A DNA stretch of 58,463 nucleotides, taken from contig NC_068986.1 of assembly GCF_001194135.2 (NCBI RefSeq), positions 2,584,631 through 2,643,093 on the forward strand, in the 5' to 3' direction. Positions 1-15,157 of this stretch are shown here, one piece after another. The position numbers and the translations under genes were made by a program. Under the pieces are notes generated by a model. It saw only the letters and a program-made list of their open reading frames with translations. It made no database searches and was not told the DNA's origin. Source of the stretch: Octopus bimaculoides. Lineage: Eukaryota. Position 1 is the first letter of the stretch, and every line of letters starts with the position of its first letter.

Positions 1-158
1 CATGAATTTAGGAAGCTTAGAAAATGAATAAGCATGAATTTAAGACAACAACTGAATTCAATTGAATTTCATGGAGAGAAACAAGATAAATAATAGGGGG
101 CAAAACTAAAGCGCAAGGTATTATGAGATGTTTGAGGCCGTAAATAAATTAAAAAAAT

Positions 159-200
<42 letters not shown>

Positions 201-225
201 CACACGCACACACACACACATATAT

Positions 226-343
226 CATCATCATCATCATCATCATCATCATCGTTTAACGTCCGCTTTCCATGCTAGCATGGGTTGGACGATTTGACTG
301 AGGACTGGTGAAACCGGATGGCAACACCAGGCTCCAGTCTGAT
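226..343 (-). mobile_element. 3' tail fragment of young RTE LINE family, (GAT)n tail, flanked by (TA)n
   Basis: Near-identical to 36398-36510 and to the reverse complement of 43910-44013 (catcatcgtttaacgtccgctttccatgctagcatgggttggacg...). Confidence 0.9.
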
Positions 344-1090
344 TATATATATATTATTTATTATTATATTATATATGTATATAAAATCTGTATATCCTGG
401 TTTGGTTTTTAGAACACACTATATCCTTGTGCATTGTAAAAGCTGGCTTAAAGGCTTGGCATTAGAAAGGCATCTGGCTGCAAAACACTCCTTCAAAAAA
501 TACTACCTACCTACCCTCACACACATACACCAACACACGGTGTATAAAGTAATACATGACATTTCTATTATTAGCCACTGAATTAGAGTACCAACAGAGT
601 GTGGGTTACGAATAGATAAATATATAAAGCCATATCTATGGGTATTTAATCTCAATGTGGGATTAAATTATGTCCACAAACGATTTTACAGCAGATTTGA
701 ATGCAGATCAAAATTTCATTGTTGCTTAGCGACCCACAAGATACAGTAATCATCGCTAGGTTTTTAACCTTGTATTGCAATGTAAATAAGCAGTGCCTGG
801 CACAGTTCCGTTTATATTTTAACAAGTAGACTTCCATTTGTTACTTCACTTTAGGAGTAAGAAGAGAGTAAACTTTGACGAATCTTTAAATAGCAGTGGA
901 ATTGGTAAATTCAAACCTCAAAAAGAAATTATTCAGCTGATGACTCATCCAACCCATGCCAGCACGGAAAGTGGACACATAAGTGATGATGATGATGATG
1001 ATGATGAATAATGCCAGATAGGAGATAGAATTTTATCAAAAAATACAAATTATCAAAGATACTTTGTATAAATTTTCCATAAACATTCTT

Positions 1091-2041
1091 GTGTATTTTC
1101 ACTGGAAATTCCGTTATCTGGATTACAATAATTTCAGTCAACATATCAATGGAAATTGGTTGTGCTGATCATTATTTTGTAATATCAAACCTGTGATTCA
1201 ATCTCTTTTGCATGACCAACATACTTAGCACTGCAAATTCAGTTAATTACATTTTTGTCTTTGGACTTCTCCATGTGTGAAGTTCTTTATCAATTACAAA
1301 GCTTTCTTTATTTCTCTAGTTATTTTATTTGCAAGTGTAGTCCTTCAATCTCTCTTCCAATTAGAACTTACAAATGTGGTTGTTGGCAGAACTAGTAGAG
1401 AGCCAGAAAAGAATAAAAATACTTTGTGGTAGCGGCTTATGTTTCCTTTACATTCTAAGTTCAAATCCCACTAAAGCTGAAACTTAGCATTTTTCCATCC
1501 TCCTCAGCCTCATAAAATATAATAAATACCAATGAAAGAACTACAGTCAGTAACTGATTACATTCTTGTAGCCTGTACTTACGCATGACCACAACCCAAT
1601 AAAAGAAACCAGTAAAAGATCAAACGAATTCTATTAAATCTAACATAAACATTACTCTCTCTTTTTCACATGAAAACCAAGAATTTCTTTTGTTTTTCTA
1701 AAACCAAAGTCTTTTTTAACTTCTCCTTTTTATCACATATTGATTGCAGCGCACACTATAATTTCACAGCAAATCTTAATTGGAAGGGAAACTGTAGGAC
1801 CACCCCCTCAAATAAATAAATAAATAAAGTCTTGTAAATCAATAATAAAATTCACGTGTGGAAAAGTCCAGAGACACATAATAACATAATTGAGATTGAA
1901 TTCCCAATCCTAAGCTTGTTGGTCATGCAAAAAGATTGAATCACGGGTTTAATGGAATAATGATCAGCACAGCTAGTTTCCATTGATCTGCCGAGTGAAA
2001 TTATTGTAATCCAGATAAAAGAATTTCCAGTGAGAATACAC
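1091..2041. repeat. Imperfect inverted repeat pair (1091-1280 vs 1852-2041), probably two decayed copies of one TE-derived sequence
   Basis: The reverse complement of 1852-2041 aligns by eye to 1091-1280 at roughly 75-80% identity. Both arms share the peptide EIIVIQI(T/K)EFPV(K/R)IH. Confidence 0.85.
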
Positions 2042-2934
2042 TCCAGCCATGTCTTAAAAGATTTACAAAGAATAATGTAAAACAACAGGTAAGCTGGTTA
2101 TTCTGATCAGGTGACAGTCACACGTTTGATCCATATCGGGAGACAGTTTCCTGCTTATTCAGATTAATGATGTATATATCATTATCACTTAACATCCGTT
2201 TTCCCTATTCTCTCTCTCTCTCTCTATGTGTGTGTGTATGTGTGTGTATACATCATCTTCATTATCATTTATCATTCATTTTCCATGCTATATATTCCTT
2301 AGTCAAGGTAGCCTTGTCGTCTGACTTTATGGTTTAGTGCTTAAAATATCTCTTCCATGCATGTGACTTCGATATGGAATAGATTGAAGAATGCTTAAAA
2401 TTAAGTGGGAGACAGGAGTTTACAAAGTGGCTTAGGATCAGAAAATAGAAGACAAAATGAAAGACAAAGGATTTAAGGGAGAGACAGACGGAGAGTATGT
2501 GCATGGGTGTGTAGAAAGTAATGGCGATGACAGAGTTATTGACAAGTGGCGAGACATTCATAATTTCCAAAGCTTAGTGCTGTGATGGTCTTTTATCATT
2601 TTGGTATCATTACCAAAAGTACCAGTACAATAATGGAGCTGAATCAATTGATATATATATGTGTGTGTATATACATATAACACCTGTTTCTCTCCTATCA
2701 TAATTTCTTTTTCCTCTGGTCTATATCCACCTCAGTTGAGAGGTCTTATTTTGCAGGTACCTGGTGACTTCACTGGTGCTGGTGCTACGTAAAAAACACC
2801 CAGTACATTGAGCTGTAGAGACCATGCCAAAGCAGACATAGAACCTGGCACAGCCCTCTGGCGTATTTGATCTTGTCAAACCATTCAACTCATGCCAGCA
2901 TGGCAAAAAGGATGTTAAATGAAAATGGGGAGAG

Positions 2935-2974
<40 letters not shown>

Positions 2975-4855
2975 TAACTCCTCGACAAAATTGGCTTGAT
3001 GTCTTGTAATCAATATATATCAGAAATACAATCAGAAACACAAGGAATAAAAGAGGAAATTAATGCAAATCAAAACGACTTGTAAACTAATTATTCTATT
3101 AAACCTATGTTGTAATTTGAATTGTTTATTTCTCTGTTGGTGGAGCAGGGTTAATCAGGCAGAAAATCAATCTGTTGCCCCAAGGCAACAGATGTTCTGC
3201 TTTTTAGATCCTGCATCTAGCAAAATTAAATGTCGTATAAAAGACGTAGGTTTTAGGAGATTAGATTGTCTAAAAAAACTCATACCACCCATGTAGAGGT
3301 AACACAGGCTAGCAATGTTGATTCAATAACATTTATATAGTTGGACTTATGTGTATGTTTACATGGGTTGGCTGGGTATAAAATGCAAATTTCTTGGTCA
3401 TGTTACCTTGAGCAAATAGAGATGCTACAGAATAGTAAAAACTTTTTAGTTTCACAGGAAAGAAAGCTACGTCACTAGTGTTGGTTCCATGATAAAATGC
3501 ACTCTGTACCCCACATTCTGTAAAGAGGTTGGAAAACAAATGGAAACAACATAGTCTCTAGAGGACCCTTTAGTCCTGTTTAGCACATGATAATTCTTTT
3601 ATTTTTAGTGCTGGTGCCATGACAAGATGCAACCACCCAAACATCATCATTATTCAACATCACCTTTTCAATGCTAGCATAGAGGTTGGACAGTTTAACA
3701 TGAAATGATGAGCCAGAGAACTGCACTAAGCTTCAATGTCTGTTTTGGTTGGATGCCCTTCCCAAAGCCAACCACTTCACAGCATGTACTGGGTATTTTT
3801 TTTTTTTCATGGTACCAGTACTAGTGAGATTACCAAGTACCTGCAATGCAAGACTCTTCAACTGAGTTGGGTATGATGTTGAGGGTTAAGAAAGTAATAA
3901 GAGGGTCGGGAGCAGGTGTCTTGCCGAAGAGATGAATACAAGGCTCCCCCATATGGAAAGAGAGTGACGTGAGGTCAAGGTAGAAGGAAAATATATAAAG
4001 GAGAGAATAGAGGAACTCAGTGCTTTTTCTTTAAGAAAACTATATTGTGTTTTACTATTTACATTATACAAAATATTCTTGAAATGCTATATTTCTCGTA
4101 GTTTATTTGATGAAACTAATTTGTTTCAAAAATCTGCAGCAGGCCAAGTCAATAGGATATTAGCCTTACCAAGCAAAAGGTCAATGATTGTCATCCTGTC
4201 ACCAATGTTGAGCTTCAAGGCTTAAACACTTAAATCTCGCAGTCTACTTAGTTGTAAACAGATATGATGATAGGTGAATCTCACACAGCTCTAAGCTTTG
4301 TCAGCATTCCCTCTATAATTTATGCGTTTTCCACTGACACCAGCAGCTTTTATGAGCCTGGAAATTTCCATGCAAGAGAAGCCTAGTATATCTTTCCTAG
4401 TACTTCTCCATGAAGAGTAAATCATCAGTGTCGTCCCAACAACACAATTAATTGCCATCAGAACTAAGAATCATCATAAAACATTTTACTAACAACAAAA
4501 TGTTTAAAATTAACATAGAAACAATAACAATAATAATAGCTTCTGACTTGTTACAAATTGGAACAAAAACTTGTGACTGTTTTAATTCATTTGATCAAAA
4601 CAATGTTATAGAAAAATGTATGCAAATAGAAAGGCCTCCTCCAAGGAGGCTAATTAATGATCTTAACAATAATATTGATTAATATATAGTCGAAATTAGC
4701 ATAATTAAATGATAATTAACATAAATTACATTAATAAAATACAAATGATAATTATTTAGAAAACGTCATATGTAATTTTTTTTTTTGCTAAAAAGATTAC
4801 TGAAGTGATTTTAGTCTGGTTATAAACACAACAGTATTGGAATTTGCAATTTACA

Positions 4856-4859
<4 letters not shown>

Positions 4860-4905
<46 letters not shown>
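4860..4905. repeat. (GA)n microsatellite
   Basis: Direct reading. Confidence 0.95.
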
Positions 4906-4907
<2 letters not shown>

Positions 4908-6410
4908 AATGAGTGATTTGGGCATGGAGGAGAAAGTAAATAAGAGAGCTTGATTTCCAGTTTAAAACCAGTTTACTTTAGATTACTAAAATCCTCAAGA
5001 AAAGCAATGACATTTGTTTTCTTTATAAACTTAATGCCTTGTGTTTATCTAATGAAAGAAAAAAATATATATGTAGATAGACAGGCAAGCAAGGCTGCAT
5101 GGTCAAGAAGTTCATTTTACAACCATGCAAGGCCAGGATCAGTCCCATTGCGTAACACCTTAGGCAAGTGTCTTCAATTACAATCCCAGGTTAACCAGTC
5201 CCCAGCAACTGACAGAAACTTTATGGAAACCCTTCATGTGTGTGTGCGTGTTTGTCTGTTTCTGTATTTTGCAGTTTGACTAGGTTGGTTTGTTTACATC
5301 CTGCAACTTACTGAAATAAAATTAAGTACTGGTATTGATAAGATCGATTAAACCCCTTCAAATGGTGCCCCAGCATGGCTGCAGCCTAATGACTGGAACA
5401 AAAGCTTAAAATAATAAATGTTCAAAATTCTGCCCACATGTTTCTTTGATGTAGTGATATGAGAGTGCTTTTTATTGTGGCACACATGTATAGAGACTGA
5501 TCTTGTTGGGGGTAGGATGGAGAAAATATGATGAATTAATAGTGGAAGGTACCTATTGTATAGGCCAGATCAAGACTTTGAAGAGAATAAAATCAGAGAT
5601 GAAAACACATGGAACAAAATGCAATCATGAACCAAGGAGGGGAGTCACTACATGGTCACTTGACTTGCCAGAAATAGCAACCAAATTTCCTTCATATCAC
5701 ACCATACTGTCACTATCAGAAAAGAACCACATGTGATCCTAGATACATTGACAAAGACCAAAAAAAAAAAAAAAAGAAAACAAGATGGTCATGGTTGGAG
5801 CGTCCTTGACCATAGATCTGTTCAATTGGAGCTAATCTGGAGTAACACAACAAAAATGGGTACAACAGGTGCCTTTTTATTCCCGACTCGACATATTATA
5901 TGAGCAGAGAAAAGCAGATGTTGAAACAATTCCATTGCTGTTGATGCATTGAAACCATAGAACACTTTTGAAATGAAAGAACAGCAAAATGAATTAGCCT
6001 TAAACAAGTTAGTTGATTACAAAAATGCCGGAAATGATACTATATTTATCACCCTAATGTCATTGGCTTCCAATAAACCTAACAAGAATCTAACAACAGA
6101 TTTGTTTATAATAGAAAACCTTGTCTGCAACAACAACAACAAAATGAATATATAAACAAATAAAGTAAATCAATGATGTCCTAGGGTACAACTTTGTAAA
6201 GAACCAGATACCTGATTAGAACCATTAGCAGTAATACCATTCATTAACCATGTTAGATTACACAGCTGTCAGCCACAAGCAAGTCGGTCTGAATAGAATG
6301 TATCATACTTTTGCTAACTGCTTTTCAAGCCTACATCGTTGTGGGCAGACAGTCACTCTCTCGATTTCCTCCCACCCTTGGGGCATTAGAACATTCAGAA
6401 TGTGATAGTA

Positions 6411-6441
<31 letters not shown>

Positions 6442-7701
6442 ACTGTATTAGCATTCAGCTAGAACTTATTTTCAACTGAATGGGCTGGAACAGCATGAAA
6501 TGAAGTGCTTTGCTTAAGGACACAATGCACCACCCGGTCCAGGAATTGAACCCACATCTTTATGGTCATGAGCTGAACACCCCTAACCACTAAGCCATGT
6601 GCCTCCACTTATGTTAGATAAACAGCTTTAGTTTTAACCAGTTATATCTTTTATCTGTTACTTGTTTCAGTCATTGGATTGCAGCCATACTGGGGCATCA
6701 CTTTAGAGAGTTTAGTTGAACAAATTGGTACTTATTTTTTAAGTTTGATACTTATTATATCGATCTCCTTTGCTGAACTGCTAAATCACAGGGTCATAAA
6801 CAAATGGACACTGTCAAGTGGTGGAAGGACACGGACACACACACACACACACAAAGCAAACTTTCACATAGCTTCTATCAACCAAATTTGCTCACAATAC
6901 ACTGGCTGGCCTGGGGCTATAATAGAAGAACTCAAAACCATATGACTGCAAAGCAAGCTCCGTAACCACTTGGCTGTGCCTGTTGCCATATACAGCAAAG
7001 TCTATACAAAATATTCACATCTCCTCGCTTTCCGCTACTAGATGCATGTAGTCATAGAGACTACAAGAATCTTCTCTGCTCTCCCCCTCTTCATAGTAAT
7101 CCTTTTGTTCCCCAGGATGAAACTGACTCCCCCACCACCACCCCAGTGCTTATAATCCAGCAAACTGTATGGTAGTCTCAACAATGTGCAGATGACATAA
7201 AAAAAGTACCCAGCTCATGCTGTAAAATGGCTGGTATTAGGAAAGACATCCAGCTGAAGAAACCAGGCCAAAGCAGACATTGGAGCATGATGCAGTTCTT
7301 GGACACTGGATTCTGTCAAGCAGTTAGAGATTGAAATAAACACCGATACTTTCAACTAAAAATCCTATAAAAGTAGTGTCCTAGAATTGTATACACTGAT
7401 ATATAGCTTCACTATTTGTAGTTTCATTTTAACATGTCCCATCAGTATCATAACAGTTGCTAGCACGTCCTTGACAATCAGCTGATCGCAGTTCTCCTCA
7501 TACTTCTCAGCCAATCAGTTTTCAGTTTCATGTTCTTCACTTAGGAATGCATCATACATGCATATCAGTAGTCCCATATCTATATATACATACACAACAT
7601 TCTCGGCACACTTCATGCCACACCCACATCACACTATTTTCCTTCATTTCATTAATTCTGATACATACACCCATTTTATACATATATATATATATATATA
7701 C

Positions 7702-7735
<34 letters not shown>

Positions 7736-7962
7736 ATAAAATTTCTTTGTCAAATCAATTCCATTATGCACACACAAAGTCAACGGAACTCTTACTTCCC
7801 ACCAACTACCACTAATCACTACAAACATCAACAGCTAAAACCACCATTGTTAACACCATCACCACTACTACTATGAAATAAAAGAACGAGTATAATAAGT
7901 AATGAAGTGAACATTCAGTAACTTTCACAAGGACCATTATTCAGCATAGGCTACAGACTCAT

Positions 7963-8074
<112 letters not shown>

Positions 8075-8262
8075 TCTTTTACTTGCTTGTTTCAGACATT
8101 TGGCTGTGGTCAGGCTGAAGAATTTTTAGTCAAATGAATCAAACCCAGTAATTATTTTTTTAAAGCCTGGTACTTATTCTGTTGGTCTCTTTTTGCCAAA
8201 CTGCTAAGTAATGGGAAAGTAAACACACTAACACCAGTTGTCAAGCAGTGGTGGGGCACACA

Positions 8263-8580
8263 TCTAATATAATAAATGTGAATGTCAGTGTGTCACACTT
8301 TTTCAACTTAACTCCTCGAGGCCGTTGCCCAACATATCAAACTATTTTGGAATCAGACTGACTCCGTGAGTAAATCAAAAGCATTCTGGGCCGAATATGG
8401 ATCTACAATCCTCAAATTTTGGATTCCTATGTTTTCATTACTGCGATTGTTTTCGGTGATATTTTTTTGACATGAATTTAGCGACGAATATGATCATCAT
8501 TGGGATATGACTCTGGAGGAAGCAATTGCAACAAATTCTCCAAAACAAGCCAGAGATCTCTTTGCAGATCTTCCCATTCA
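8263..8580 (+). mobile_element. Internally deleted Helitron remnant
   Basis: Begins A|TCTAATATAATAAATGTGAATGTC, a typical Helitron 5' end. Internal frame DHHWDMTLEEAIATNSPKQARDLFADL resembles the RepHel WDxTLxEAxxxxSPxQxRxLFA motif. Confidence 0.7.
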
Positions 8581-9559
8581 GAGTTAGTTGCTTAAAAGCT
8601 GCCTGATAGGACGGCTTTTAAGCTGGTAGAGAGTGCTAGAGATCAATACAAGAAAGAGTTATAACAAGTGTGAGTAATCACTCAGGATAGGATAAGAGTG
8701 AGAGGAAAGACAGAGTAAAGATGAAAAGCATGAAAGAGAATGAAGGGGGAAGAGAATGACTAAGAGAAAACATATAGGGAGAGAGAGACAAAGAAAGCCA
8801 GAGAACAGGTCACGTCATGTCTTGGTGTGTAGTGTGTGAACATGGATATTGGTTCTCCATGAAAATAGAGTGGTTTGTTACAAGATGGGACATCATGCTT
8901 TCAAACCAATAATCTTGAGCAAATAAAGAATAGAAAAGAGACAATCAAATTTTACAATAACATTAGAGGAATAGTTAGAGAGAGGGAGAAAGAGAGAGCG
9001 TGGGGCAGAGGAGGAGTAGAATGATTAGAGGAGAAATGTAAAAATTGTAACAAATGCAGAGACAAGGAAAGACTACATTCATAAGCAAGAAGTAAAGAGA
9101 ATTTCAGTGAGAAACAGTAAATCACTTAATGGTGATAAAACACAGATCTGTTAGTTCATGGAAAGAACAGCAAGCTCAAGTTTAGCTTAAAAGGGGTTAG
9201 AATAAAAAGTTTAAAAAAACAAAAAAAAAAGCATTATGAAGAATAATGTAGATCTTCACTTTAGCAAAAAAGAAACTCTACACAATTGAAAATGTGTTTA
9301 TCACATTTTCCCATCCATTTTCATTTTCTTTTCTTTTTTGTTTTTCTTAACTCAAAAGTAAAGTGAAACTAGACCCAATGGAATGTTACTTATAGAATTT
9401 GGTTTGGGTATCCATTTATAACATGGATTTGTGCCTTTCAATCCATACTGAATATATTGGAACTATGCTTACATTAGAAATTGATATTTAACTATAATAT
9501 TACATAATGTTAATGCATAGTTACTTTTAAAAAAAAGTAACTCGTTCAAAAACCATGTG

Positions 9560-10690
9560 TGTGAGTGTGTGGAATCGGAGACACAAGACAACAAGGAGAA
9601 GGAAAGCAGGGAAGCAGAAAAAAAAAAAAACATCTCGACCAGACATAGATTTAAAGAAATGCTAGTTGGTATGTATTACAAGGAAAAGGAGCCATGGTGG
9701 TGGAATGGAAGTGTGTACGGAGCCATAAAAGCTAAGAGGTAGGAATGGAAAGATTGGAAGAAAATGGGAAAACCAGAAGAGAAGCAAGATGTCACATATA
9801 CTTAGCAAAGAGAGATGCTGAAAATAAGTTTGCCAATGTTCTGTGATGAGAGGTTGAGAGGTGTTGCAGATTGCAAAACAGTGTACCAGTGCAGACCAAG
9901 ACACTGTTGGAGAAAAGTGAAAAGTGTATAGAATTGTAGCAGTGCACTTGCCCTCACTAATGCAAAAAGAAAAGAGAAATAAAAGGAATGTACAAAGATG
10001 CTGGTAGCAAAGCAAAAGTTAGCAATGAATTTAATGAGGTAGTAGTCTCAGTCCCATCTGGTTTATTATAGTTCTTCAGACAGTAATAGAAAGATTTAAA
10101 ACTGGCTGCCTATGGAAACTTCCATATGCCAATGACTTAATTCTTATAACCAAATCTGTTGAAGAATTAGAAAAGAAATTCTCAATATCAAAGTAAAGCT
10201 TAGAAACAAGAAACCTCAAAGTAAACTTTGCAAATACAAGTTTTAGTTAACAAGAAGACAAAACTTTACAGCCATCTGGGAAATGGCCATGCTCAATATG
10301 CAGAAAAGGAGTGGGTAGGAATTACATACCTACAGTGTAACCAATACAAACTATGGGTGCACAGCAGTGCAGAGGTATCACAGGAAGGCTGAGCGAGAAT
10401 AAGGACCTTGTATTCAATAAATGCACAAAAGTAGTTAGCAGTATGAATTCCTTCAGATGCCTAGCAGGTTCCTTAGGATTCACATTTCCTATTACCTACA
10501 TGTGATGCAAATGGAGGAGGAGAGCTGGTTCCAAGTGGAAGCATCTTGCAAAATTGGAAGACTGAAGAAGACATGGGAAGAAGTAGTAAAGGCTGATCTT
10601 AGGATACTGAACCTCAAGAAGGAGAGAAGAACAAATCATGTAACAACTGGCAAGAAAGAGGCTGTACTGGAGAATGGAAAAAATGGACAA
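9560..10690 (+). mobile_element. Old fragmented RTE LINE
   Basis: Broken frames such as ...QPSGKWPCSICRKGVGRN... and ...IGRLKKTWEEVVKADLRILNL, homologous to the young RTE at 42608 and 25578. Confidence 0.8.
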
Positions 10691-13600
10691 ATGACGACGA
10701 GAAAAGAAGATAACAATGTGAATTGTTTGTATACATACATGCACATCATTCTGCTTAAAAATGCCTTTATATCTACTCTTCAATCTTAGTATGCCTGCCA
10801 ATGTATTTATCTGAATTATTTAAAATGACATTTTTTTAATTACTTAGTTCAGATAAGAGTAATAATACCACCCATGATGTAATTAGACCATCCTAGACAG
10901 AAGAAGTGGGAAAGAAAATTGGGTGAGATTAGTGTAGTTAATGCTCAATTTGAATTACAACAAGCTTAACCCTTTCGTTACTGTATTTCTATTTTCAGAT
11001 GCTCTGTGTTTCTTTCAATTACTTTAAATATAACAAAGAATTTAGTAAAACAACTTAGTTATCATTCAGCTCATGTTATGAACATAAATTGTGACTAAGG
11101 TTTGGTGGAAGATTTTAATTAAAAACTTATGAAAACAAGACATTTGTACTCAGAACCAGAGGTGGTTTCAGCTGGGTTGGTAATGAAAGGGTTAATGGTT
11201 ATTAAGGAATGATGATCAGGAAGAGAGTTTCTGATCAACATAGGAGCTCTAGGGAAGAAAGGATTAAGTGAAAATTTTGTAAGGTTACAGAACAATCAGA
11301 AATAGTTAGCAGTTAAGTGCAGTTTGTGGTTGTGTAGTGATGCAGATGATGATGGTGGTAATCATCATCAACATTTTAACATCTACTTTCCAAGCTGGCA
11401 TGGGTTGAGCAGGTTGTCAAAGTCCAAGTAAATTCTTATTTGATGTTACTACTCTCTTAGTTTGGAGGAACATATCTCACTCTATATTCCAGTGATGTAT
11501 TTTATGAAGCAGTATTTTTAAATAGGTGATAGAGAAGTGAGAGTGATCTAAGAACAAATTGAGATGTTTCTTGTTGCATAACTTGGTCAAAGGAGGAAGG
11601 GTGGTGCCACAACCATTTATACGGTGTCCTGGAACAGGTGAGAGGACAATAAGTTATTTTCAGACCAGCAATCTCAACCAAATACTTGTAACAAACTGGA
11701 CCTCTGTTAAAAGTGCTCAACTACCAGCTGCTGGTATTAAGCAATATGACAGATTGTCTACAACTCAACTAGAAAGACTGATAAACATTACTGATTTCAA
11801 ATTTTGATACAAGGCCAGCAATTTCACGGAAGGGAGTAAGTAAAATTACATCAACCCCAGTGTTCAAATGGTATTTATTTTATCGACCCTGAAAGGATGA
11901 AATGCAAAGCTGACCTCAATGGAGTTTGAACTCAGAACATGAAGACGGACAAAATGCCACAAAACATTTGCCCAGGCTGCTATTGATTCTACCAGCTTGC
12001 TGCCTTAAGATTGATGATAAACATCAAAAGAAAAGCACAAATGTTGGGTCTGTGTTGGCAGAAGAACAAAAGACGAATATTCTGAAAGGCAGAAGAAATG
12101 AATTTCCACCAACAAAGTGGGTCTGGATTTTGTTTTACATAAACAAGTGCAGAAAATTAAAACAATGATTAACAGCATGGGAAAAACATTTTATAATAAT
12201 TAAAGTTATTTAATTTCCATAGCTGTCCTCTCCACTTTACACAGGTCAATTACTTAGACAGACAAGTCAATTTTATTGGAGTTAGCACCACAGCAACGTG
12301 ACATGGAGATCAGGCAATAGAATTGGGTGTTCTGTGGAGATGGACACTGGGGAATGAGTGTTAAATTCATGACTGTAAAGTCTGTTAAACTTTTGAATTT
12401 TTTTTTAAATCCAGCATTTCATAGCGCTGAGGGCGAACAGCAAAATGCCTTTAAAGAACACAAACATTTAGATGAGGCAACATAGGAAACTCTTTGGATT
12501 GGTCTACTTGCCACAAATGCAGCCACATTTTTGGTTGAAGTTTTTACAACTAGCTAAAATTAGTTCATTTGCTTTACATTTGTTTTTTCCAAGCTAGTAA
12601 GAGTTAGACAAGTATATTATTTACAGCCAGATGCCTTTCCTGTTACTAAACCTTACCAGTTTTAGAAAGAATAGATCCCTGTTAAAGCAAAATGTAAACA
12701 AACACATATATACACACACCATAAAAACTGAGAGATGTGAAATAAATTGAGGCCTGCCTGATGATGAACCAGGTCACATGCAACTCTTCACAAAAAAGGT
12801 TGCCCATGCTTGATCTAGACTATCAGTGAGCCAACTAGGGAGCCTCTACATTGTCAGATGGACAAGGAATAGCATCCATATTTTCAATTCGCACCCTAGT
12901 TTTTAAGAAGGATGGACACATTAATAAGACAAAACAAAACTGTCTCAAAGACAATATCCACCAGTTTTATTTTTCTTATGGAAAGTAGTGACCAATATTT
13001 TGCTTATATGTCTGTCTAATTCCTGCTATAAATCTATTCTAATAAAAATTTGTGATGCTGGTTACTTCTATGAAGTACCATATGCCAAGAGGGTTCAACT
13101 AAATAATGACTTAAGTGGACTTATGAAAACTCTTCAAACTACAAAGTGGTTACAACTGTCTCGAGTATTATTGTCCTAAATACTCACATTTTTAATAACA
13201 TACCACAATATACATCCACTTAAATCAATACATCACTGTATGAAGCAGGTGTTTAAATAAAGAATTACTGAAGGTGGAAAATGATCAGGTTACAAATTCA
13301 ATTTGAAAGTGAACAAAAGTTGTACAATTACAACAACAGAAATGACTTGCATGATGCCAGCACTATGTAGGTCTCAATTCGAACAAGCTTTTTTTTGTTT
13401 TATTTTATTTTGAAAGTAATAAATTAACTAATTAGTAAAATGGTTGGTGCATGTTATGATGCCCAGTATAAGTTGACAAAAGGGAAGATCTATCATTATT
13501 ATAATTAAGGCAGCAGGCTGGCAGAATTTTTAGCTTCCTGGATGAAATGCATAGCAGTATTTTGCCCATTGCTACATTCCAAGCCTTTCATGCTTTTGGG

Positions 13601-14812
13601 AGTCGATAAATTAAGTGCCAGTGAAACACTGGAGTCAAAGTAATCAACTAGTCCCCTCCCCCAAAATTTCAGGTCTTGTGTCTATAGTAGAAAGGATTAT
13701 TATTACTCAAAATTTAGCCACCACCAGTTAGGAGTTTTTGACCTTACTAAAGCTGTGAGAGTATAATTTTGTCACTATTAAATAAATATCCCAACACAAT
13801 TCTTTTTTAAAAATACAAAACACTATCTTTCTTAGGGTTGTCATCTAATATTTTTAAAATAATCACCAGTTAGTACATATTGTATTGCCTACATCTGCTG
13901 TGAACCTTTCAGCTGTTACAATTCAAATATTGATTCCTTCATTATTATAAACTCACCACTGCTACAGATAACCTATGGGATTGCTATAGAAATTATGCAT
14001 ACTGGAAAGCTTGTAAAAATAGACCAAGCTGGTTCCATATAGAATAGTCTCCAGTGTCACAGCTATCTCCATCAAGATACATAACACTAGAAACAGATTG
14101 GTGTCAGAGCTTACTAGGGAGGTTCCATGTTGTAACTGTGAACTGAAATGCAGAAACCAACAGATCTTGATTAACAACTTCTACCCCATCATTTTAACCT
14201 TTTTATTGCAGAAATCAAATATACTCATTCAAAATTTCATTACCCTGGAGTGTGGAAAGCATTTTTAATATACCATTCTATCTTTTGTTGAGGAATACTA
14301 TTTGAAACTATTTTTTGTTGTGAGATGTCAAGTTTATTGAGGCAATGTGACTTGCAGAAAATAACAATATATTTTTGGGTAGATATTTAACACTGTTACA
14401 GGAATAAACATGAAATCTAATTTCACAGTTAAAGAGTTAAAATACAGATGGTATTTTAGGGAGAAATTTGGAAATAGGTCAGTTTCTAGTATTGTATAAA
14501 TGTTATTTTTATTATATCTGAAGATCATTATATTGCTTCAGTCAACCTATTGTTGTCCTGCAAGAGGAAAACAAATTTATCCCTTCTGTTATAGTACAGT
14601 ACAGAGAAACAGAACGTTATATACACACACATATATATTCAGAGTCCCACAAAGTGAAATCAAATTCACCTATCAGAAGAATTACAGTGGGATTGTTCAC
14701 CATAAGCAATCCTTGGGGCTTCTTATTACTTGATGTGGTTAGCCATAACCTGGACTATACCTGAGAGTTATATTATGGTACCCACCTGGATAATCTATCC
14801 CTGTAAACTCAT

Positions 14813-14813
<1 letters not shown>

Positions 14814-14889
<76 letters not shown>

Positions 14890-15114
14890 NNNNNNNNNNN
14901 NNNNNNNNNNNNNNNNNNNNNNNNNNNNNNNNNNNNNNNNNNNNNNNNNNNNNNNNNNNNNNNNNNNNNNNNNNNNNNNNNNNNNNNNNNNNNNNNNNNN
15001 NNNNNNNNNNNNNNNNNNNNNNNNNNNNNNNNNNNNNNNNNNNNNNNNNNNNNNNNNNNNNNNNNNNNNNNNNNNNNNNNNNNNNNNNNNNNNNNNNNNN
15101 NNNNNNNNNNNNNN

Positions 15115-15155
<41 letters not shown>
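14814..15155. repeat. (GT)n - assembly gap 14890-15114 - (TA)n
   Basis: Direct reading. Confidence 0.95.
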
Positions 15156-15157
<2 letters not shown>

